This document shows, piece after piece, positions 27,055 through 31,855 of a stretch of DNA of 31,855 nucleotides (positions are counted from its first letter, which is position 1; the number at the start of each line of letters is the position of its first letter). The notes below the pieces were generated by a model. It made no database searches. It was given only the letters and a program-made list of their open reading frames with translations, and was not told the DNA's origin. Source of the stretch: Candidatus Methylomirabilota bacterium (GTDB lineage: Bacteria; Methylomirabilota; Methylomirabilia; Rokubacteriales; CSP1-6); contig JBKPAK010000351.1 in the NCBI GenBank assembly GCA_046726415.1, positions 1-31,855 on the forward strand, in the 5' to 3' direction. Both the position numbers and the translations under genes were made by a program.

Positions 27055-27873
27055 GTGATCCGCGGGCGGCTATGGCGGCTCGCCATCTTCCTGTTCGTGC
27101 TCGGTTTCACGCTCAATCTCGCGGGCATCGTGAGCCACGTCGCGGTGTCCTCCTTCGCCCGGCGCTGGTTCTCCACTGCACTGCCGGGTGCCTGGACGAC
27201 TGAGTGGTATGGGTACTCGTGGCGCGAGTTCCAGCTGGCGAGCGTGCTCACGGTGACGGCCACCGTGGCGACGACGGTGACGGCGCTCGCGCTGCTGCTC
27301 GGCTTCCCCGCCGCCTACGTGCTGGCCCGCCGCGGTTTTCGGGCGAAGAACGCCGTGCTCTTGCTCTACTTCTTGCCGCTGCTGATTCCACAGATGACCT
27401 ATGGCATCCCGCTCGCGACCTCGCTCTACCGCTACCACGTCGGGGGGACGATGGCGGGCGTCATCCTCGCCAACCTGGTGCCCATGCTTCCCCTCGCCAT
27501 CTTCGTGCTCTTGCCGTTCATCGAGCAGATCAGCGAGAGCCTCGAATGGGCCGCCCGCGTGCACGGCGCTGGCCGCTGGCAGGTCTTCTGCCGCATCGTG
27601 TTGCCCCTGGCCCGGCCCGGGCTGCTGACCGCGGGGCTGCTCGTGCTGGTCAACACCGTGGCGAACTTCGAGCTGACCTTCCTGCTCTCCGGCGCTGGAT
27701 CGCAGACCCTGGTGGTCGCGCTGTACTACGCGGTGTTCGCGGCGGGCATGCGCCCGATCTACTCGGTGGACGCGATGGCCGTCATCTACATGGCCATCGT
27801 GCTGTTGATCCTGCTGGTGGCCTTGCGCTTCGTGCGCCCGACCCAGATGGTGTTTCGCATCGGCGGTCGGTAG
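27055..27873 (+). CDS. ABC transporter permease (start uncertain)
   Basis: Hydrophobic; LEWAARVHGAGRWQVFCRIVLPLARPG; GTG 27055 chosen as start. Confidence 0.88.
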   Translation: MIRGRLWRLAIFLFVLGFTLNLAGIVSHVAVSSFARRWFSTALPGAWTTEWYGYSWREFQLASVLTVTATVATTVTALALLLGFPAAYVLARRGFRAKNAVLLLYFLPLLIPQMTYGIPLATSLYRYHVGGTMAGVILANLVPMLPLAIFVLLPFIEQISESLEWAARVHGAGRWQVFCRIVLPLARPGLLTAGLLVLVNTVANFELTFLLSGAGSQTLVVALYYAVFAAGMRPIYSVDAMAVIYMAIVLLILLVALRFVRPTQMVFRIGGR

Positions 27874-27988
27874 GTCCTTCCGAAGGCCGTCAAATTCGAG
27901 GGTAGACCGAAGCCGCCTGGTCGTGGTAACTCTCGCAGCGGAGCCCCCAGACCGATCCCGCAACCCTTAATACCGAAAGGAGTCGAGC

Positions 27989-28606
27989 GTGCTCTACGAG
28001 ATTCGCACGTACCGCCTTGCGCCCGGCAGCGTCGCCGAGGTCGAGAAGCGCTTCGGCGAGGCCTACGAGTATCGCAAGAAGTACTCGGAGCTCACGGCCT
28101 TCTGGCACACGGAGATCGGGCCCCTCAACGAAATTGTGCACGTCTGGGGTTACCAGGACCTGGCCGAGCGGGCGCGCGTCCGAGCCGAGTCGGCCAAGGA
28201 CCCCAATTGGCCACCCAAGATCCAGGAGTTCATCCGCGAGATGCGATCGGAGCTCGTCGTGCCCTTTTCCTTCATCCCCGACGTGCGTCCCGGAAAGGTC
28301 GGCCCGATCTTCGAGCTGCGCTACTACACCCTGAAGCCCGGCACGCTCCCCGATACGGCGAAGGGCTGGGAGAGCAAGCTGCCCGAGCGCACAAAGCTCT
28401 CGCCCATCGTATTGGCGGGCGGTGTCGAGTTCGGCAAGGCCAATGGTTTCGTGCACATCTGGGCCTACTCGAGCCTCGATCAGCGTGCCAAGGTCCGGGC
28501 CGACGCGGTAGCCGCCGGCGTCTGGCCGCCGCCGGGTGGGGCTGGCCGGTTGCTGTCGCAGGACAACAAGATCCTCTTGCCGTCCGCCTTCTCGCCGCTC
28601 CAGTAA
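27989..28606 (+). CDS. NIPSNAP family protein (two domains)
   Basis: YEIRTYRL...IVHVWGYQDLAERARVR and FELRYYTL...FVHIWAYSSLDQRAKVR; PSAFSPLQ end; AAGGAG RBS. Confidence 0.9.
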   Translation: MLYEIRTYRLAPGSVAEVEKRFGEAYEYRKKYSELTAFWHTEIGPLNEIVHVWGYQDLAERARVRAESAKDPNWPPKIQEFIREMRSELVVPFSFIPDVRPGKVGPIFELRYYTLKPGTLPDTAKGWESKLPERTKLSPIVLAGGVEFGKANGFVHIWAYSSLDQRAKVRADAVAAGVWPPPGGAGRLLSQDNKILLPSAFSPLQ

Positions 28607-28799
28607 CTGCGTCCTTCAGTCGGTCGGGACGCGGCGGACGTCGAGGCTCAGGCGAGCCGCGATGCCCGCCGCATCCCGCGCCGTGTCGCGATTCTCGTCC
28701 TTCGAGGTTGCCCCTCCGCTCGGGGAGCCATGAGGGCGCGCGACCGTCGAGGTTCCCGCGGCCGACAATCGCCAGGGCGGCCAGTCAGACGAGAGTGCG

Positions 28800-28815
28800 C
28801 GGCACGAGAAATGCT
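28800..28815 (+). promoter_or_regulatory. Putative sigma54 promoter upstream of the PRT gene
   Basis: CGGCAC-GAGAA-ATGCT (-24 GG / -12 GC spacing correct). Confidence 0.45.
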
Positions 28816-28896
28816 GGTTCGTGATCGTTGACGATTGACATCGCATGGATTGCGGGTTGAGCACTGGCAACTAATCGCGCAGTTGGCAGAGTCGTC

Positions 28897-29592
28897 ATGG
28901 CTTCGAGAACCACTCGCGAAAGCTTTCCGACGCGGCCGATCTTTCAGGACCGCGTGCATGCCGGTCGCGTGCTGGCGTTGCGACTGGGCACCTACGCGGG
29001 CTGCCGTGACGTGATCGTGCTGGCGCTGCCCCGCGGGGGTGTGCCCGTGGGCTACGAAGTGGCCTTCAAGCTCGCCGCGCCGCTTGACGTGTTCATCGTC
29101 CGCAAGCTGGGCGTTCCCGGGCGGGGCGAACTGGCCATGGGTGCCATCGCCTCGGGTGGCGTCCGTGTGCTCAACGAAGGTGTCGTTGGGGCGCTCGGGA
29201 TCTCCGAGGAGACCATTGCGCGCGTTGCGGGACGCGAGGCGGCGGAGCTGGAGCGCCGCGAGCAGACCTACCGCGGTCATTGCCCGACGCCCGAGCTCCA
29301 AGGGCGGACCGTCGTGCTCGTGGATGACGGCTTGGCGACTGGTGCCACCATGCGGGCGGCCAGCGCGGCCGTGCGCCAACGCCAGGCGACACGCATCGTC
29401 GTCGCAGTACCGGTGGCGGCACCCGACGTCTGTCGCGGACTCGAGCTGGAGGCCGACGAAGTCGTGTGCGCTGTCACCCCCGAGCCCTTCCATGCGGTGG
29501 GGCCGTGGTACGGGGATTTCACGCCGACCACGGATGACGAAGTGCGCGAGCTGCTCCACCGTGCGGCCGAGTGGCGGAGCGCGGCCGCGTAG
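28897..29592 (+). CDS. Phosphoribosyltransferase family protein
   Basis: FQDRVHAG, LALPRGGVPV, VRKLGVPG, VVLVDDGLATGATM (PRPP loop), AVGPWYGDF. Confidence 0.92.
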   Translation: MASRTTRESFPTRPIFQDRVHAGRVLALRLGTYAGCRDVIVLALPRGGVPVGYEVAFKLAAPLDVFIVRKLGVPGRGELAMGAIASGGVRVLNEGVVGALGISEETIARVAGREAAELERREQTYRGHCPTPELQGRTVVLVDDGLATGATMRAASAAVRQRQATRIVVAVPVAAPDVCRGLELEADEVVCAVTPEPFHAVGPWYGDFTPTTDDEVRELLHRAAEWRSAAA

Positions 29593-29648
29593 ACGAGACA
29601 CATCACGACCTACCTGGTGCGTATGACCGCAACCGACAGGAGGCAGGC

Positions 29649-29885
29649 ATGGCTCAGTGCGAAGTGTGCGGCAACGACTACGACAAGGCGTTCGAGATCA
29701 CGCTGGGCGGGCAGCGCCACATCTTCGATAGCTTTGAGTGCGCCATCCACCGCTTGGCTCCCCCCTGCGCGCACTGTGGCTGCCGTGTGATCGGGCACGG
29801 GGTCGAGGCGCGGGGGCGCTTCTACTGCTGCGCCCACTGCGCTGAAGCGCTCGGCGTCAAGGGGGTGAGCGACCGGGTGGCCTGA
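29649..29885 (+). CDS. Small Cys/His-rich metal-binding protein (metallothionein-like)
   Basis: AGGAGG RBS; 78 aa with 9 Cys and 5 His: CEVC, FDSFECA, CAHCGC, YCCAHC. Confidence 0.85.
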   Translation: MAQCEVCGNDYDKAFEITLGGQRHIFDSFECAIHRLAPPCAHCGCRVIGHGVEARGRFYCCAHCAEALGVKGVSDRVA

Positions 29886-29992
29886 CCCGCGCCGATCGAC
29901 GTGGGTGGGCTCTGACCGCCACCAGACTCGCCCGCGAGCGGGTCACCACGTACCCCGCGCGACCCACTCCAGGGCGAGTCGGCCACCCCTCA

Positions 29993-30021
29993 TTGCCTCG
30001 CCGCGCTCCTGCTACTACCAT
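29993..30021 (+). promoter_or_regulatory. Putative sigma70 promoter of the hpaB-like gene
   Basis: TTGCCT, 17 nt, TACCAT. Confidence 0.5.
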
Positions 30022-30068
30022 CCCAGGCGTCGCCATGCCGCCGGAGGCTGGCTGGGGGAGAGAGCCAC

Positions 30069-31603
30069 ATGGCCACTCAACCGTTCACGGGGGACGAATT
30101 TCTGGAATCTCTGCGCGGGGGGCGCGAGATCTGGATCTACGGCGAGCGGGTTCAGGATGTCACGGCGCACCCGGCTTTTCGCAACCCCGCGCGCATGTTG
30201 GCGCGACTCTACGACGCGCTGCATGCGCCGGCCACGCGCGAGGCGCTGACGTGCCCGAGGACACCGACTCGCGGGGCTTCACGCACAAGTTCTTCCGCGC
30301 CCCGGCCACCGCTGCCGAGCTGGTAGAGGCGCGCGACGCCATCGCCGCGTGGGCTCGCCTGACCTACGGATGGATGGGCCGCTCGCCCGACTACAAGGCG
30401 GCCTTTCTCGCCACGCTCGGCGCCAACGCCGAGTTCTACGCCCCGCACCAGGACAACGCCCGGCGGTGGTACCGCGCGGCCCAGGAGCGCGTCCTGTACA
30501 TGAACCACGCGCTGGCCCAGCCCCCGGTGGATCGCCACCGCCCGCCGGACGAGGTCGCCGACGTCTACGTGCACGTGGAGAGGGAAACCGACGCCGGACT
30601 GATCGTGAGTGGTGCCAAGGTCGTCGCCACCGGCTCGGCGCTGACGCATTACAATTTCATCGCCCACCCGAGTACCGTGCCCATCAAGAAGAAGGAATTC
30701 GCGCTGACGTTCATCGCGGCCATGGACACTCCGGGGGTCAAGCTGATCTGCCGGCCTTCTTACGCCATGGCGGCCGAGGTGATGGGCAGCCCGTTCGACT
30801 ACCCCCTCAGCAGCCGCATGGACGAGAACGACGCCATCCTGGTCCTCGACCACACCCTGGTCCCCTGGGAGAACGTCTTCATCTATGAGGACGTCGAGAA
30901 GTCGAACACCTTCTTTTCGCAGTCCGGCTTCTTCCCCCGCGCGATGCTCCATGGTTGCACGCGCCTGGCCGTCAAGCTGGACTTCATCGCCGGTCTACTC
31001 CTGAAAGCGGTGGATGCCGTGGGTTCGAGTGAGAGTCGCACCGTGCAGGCCGCGGTGGGCGAAGCGATCGCCTGGCGCAACCTGTTCTGGGGGTTGAGCG
31101 ACGCCATGGCCCGCACGCCCGTCCCCTGGGCCGGCGCCATGGTGCTGCCGAACCCGGAGTATGCGCAGGCCTATCGCGTGTTCTCAACCGTCGCCTATCC
31201 GCGGGTCAAGGAGCTCACCGAGAGCATCCTGGCCAGCGGACTCATCTATCTGAACTCGCACGCGACGGACTTTCGGGCGCCGGCCCTGCGTCCGTACCTG
31301 GACAAGTACCTGCGCGGTTCCGACGGGACCAACGCCGTCGAGCGCATCAAGCTGATGAAGCTCCTGTGGGATGCCCTGGGCACCGAGTTCGGCGGACGCC
31401 ACGAGCTGTACGAGCGCAACTACGCGGGCGCCGCCGAGACCATTCGCGTTATCACGCTGCAGATGGCGCAGGCGGGCGGCCAGGCCCAGCAGTTCCGGGG
31501 GTTCGCCGAGCAGTGCATGGCCGAGTACGACCTCGACGGCTGGACGGTGCCCGACTTGATCACCCCGAACGACGTCAATCTCTTTCTCACGAAGCCGAGG
31601 TGA
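30069..31603 (+). CDS. 4-hydroxyphenylacetate 3-monooxygenase family oxygenase (HpaB/PvcC-like); 1-nt frameshift near 30258-30259
   Basis: N-terminus [33 protein letters not shown] in one frame; [48 protein letters not shown] in another. Confidence 0.9.
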
Positions 31604-31632
31604 ACGAATCGATGAGCGCGAGTGAAGGACCG

Positions 31633-31855
31633 ATGAGCGGTGTTCTCGCGGGAATTCGCGTCCTGGACTTCGGGCGTTACATCGCTGGGCCATATTGCGC
31701 GGCACTCCTCGCCGACCTCGGCGCCGACGTCATTCGCATCGAGCGGCGCGAGGGGGGCGAGGATCGGTGGGTGGCCCCGGTGACCGAGGACGGCGTGGGT
31801 GCCATGTACCTCGTCATGAACCGCAACAAGCGCGCGATGACGCTCGACCCCTCCT
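31633..31855 (+). CDS. Family III (CaiB/BaiF) CoA transferase, 5' part, runs off the window
   Basis: [37 protein letters not shown]...[10 protein letters not shown]. Confidence 0.92.
   Translation, partial: MSGVLAGIRVLDFGRYIAGPYCAALLADLGADVIRIERREGGEDRWVAPVTEDGVGAMYLVMNRNKRAMTLDPS

Noticed and set aside
29993..30259. 536-aa ORF start at TTG 29993
   Set aside because: The true HpaB-like N-terminus is in another frame from ATG 30069; 29993 coincides with a -35-like hexamer
1268..30262. Programmed ribosomal frameshifting at the two split genes
   Set aside because: No slippery heptamer or homopolymer at either site, and these families are not known to use recoding
146..31705. Many long antisense or alternate-frame ORFs (e.g. 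607..1776 -, 2576..3724 +, 18096..19814 -, 23493..24893 -, 25740..27263 -)
   Set aside because: They shadow well-supported genes, are Arg/Gly/Pro-rich with no motifs, and are expected from stop-codon scarcity in high-GC DNA

Overview
GC-rich bacterial chromosomal window of about 30 metabolic, transport and envelope genes. No rRNA, tRNA, CRISPR array, transposase or integrase is recognisable. The gene content resembles Ca. Rokubacteria/Methylomirabilota, but this is inference only. From left to right: (1) a PimC/PimD-like acyl-CoA dehydrogenase pair, the second gene frameshifted; (2) a minus-strand operon of a Tat-exported PotD-like ABC importer, a DoeA/creatinase-like M24 hydrolase and an M42 peptidase with an altered metal ligand; (3) a Ser/Thr dehydratase, an EthD protein and a beta-hydroxyacid dehydrogenase, divergent from a MarR-GNAT fusion with a tandem palindromic operator; (4) a sigma54-type operon of a membrane-anchored BON-like protein, a 1151-aa DUF748/AsmA-like protein and a BON lipoprotein; (5) an orphan ModA-like protein with a 21-bp tandem duplication; (6) an amidohydrolase-AKR-ALDH-ABM-GT-C cluster divergent from a second ABC importer, followed by a double-NIPSNAP gene; (7) a phosphoribosyltransferase with a Cys-rich metallothionein-like gene; (8) a frameshifted HpaB-like monooxygenase and a partial family III CoA transferase. 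The best candidates for undescribed systems are the BON/DUF748 envelope operon and the ABC-M24-M42 amidine/amide catabolic operon. All family calls come from motif recognition by eye; no database searches were run.
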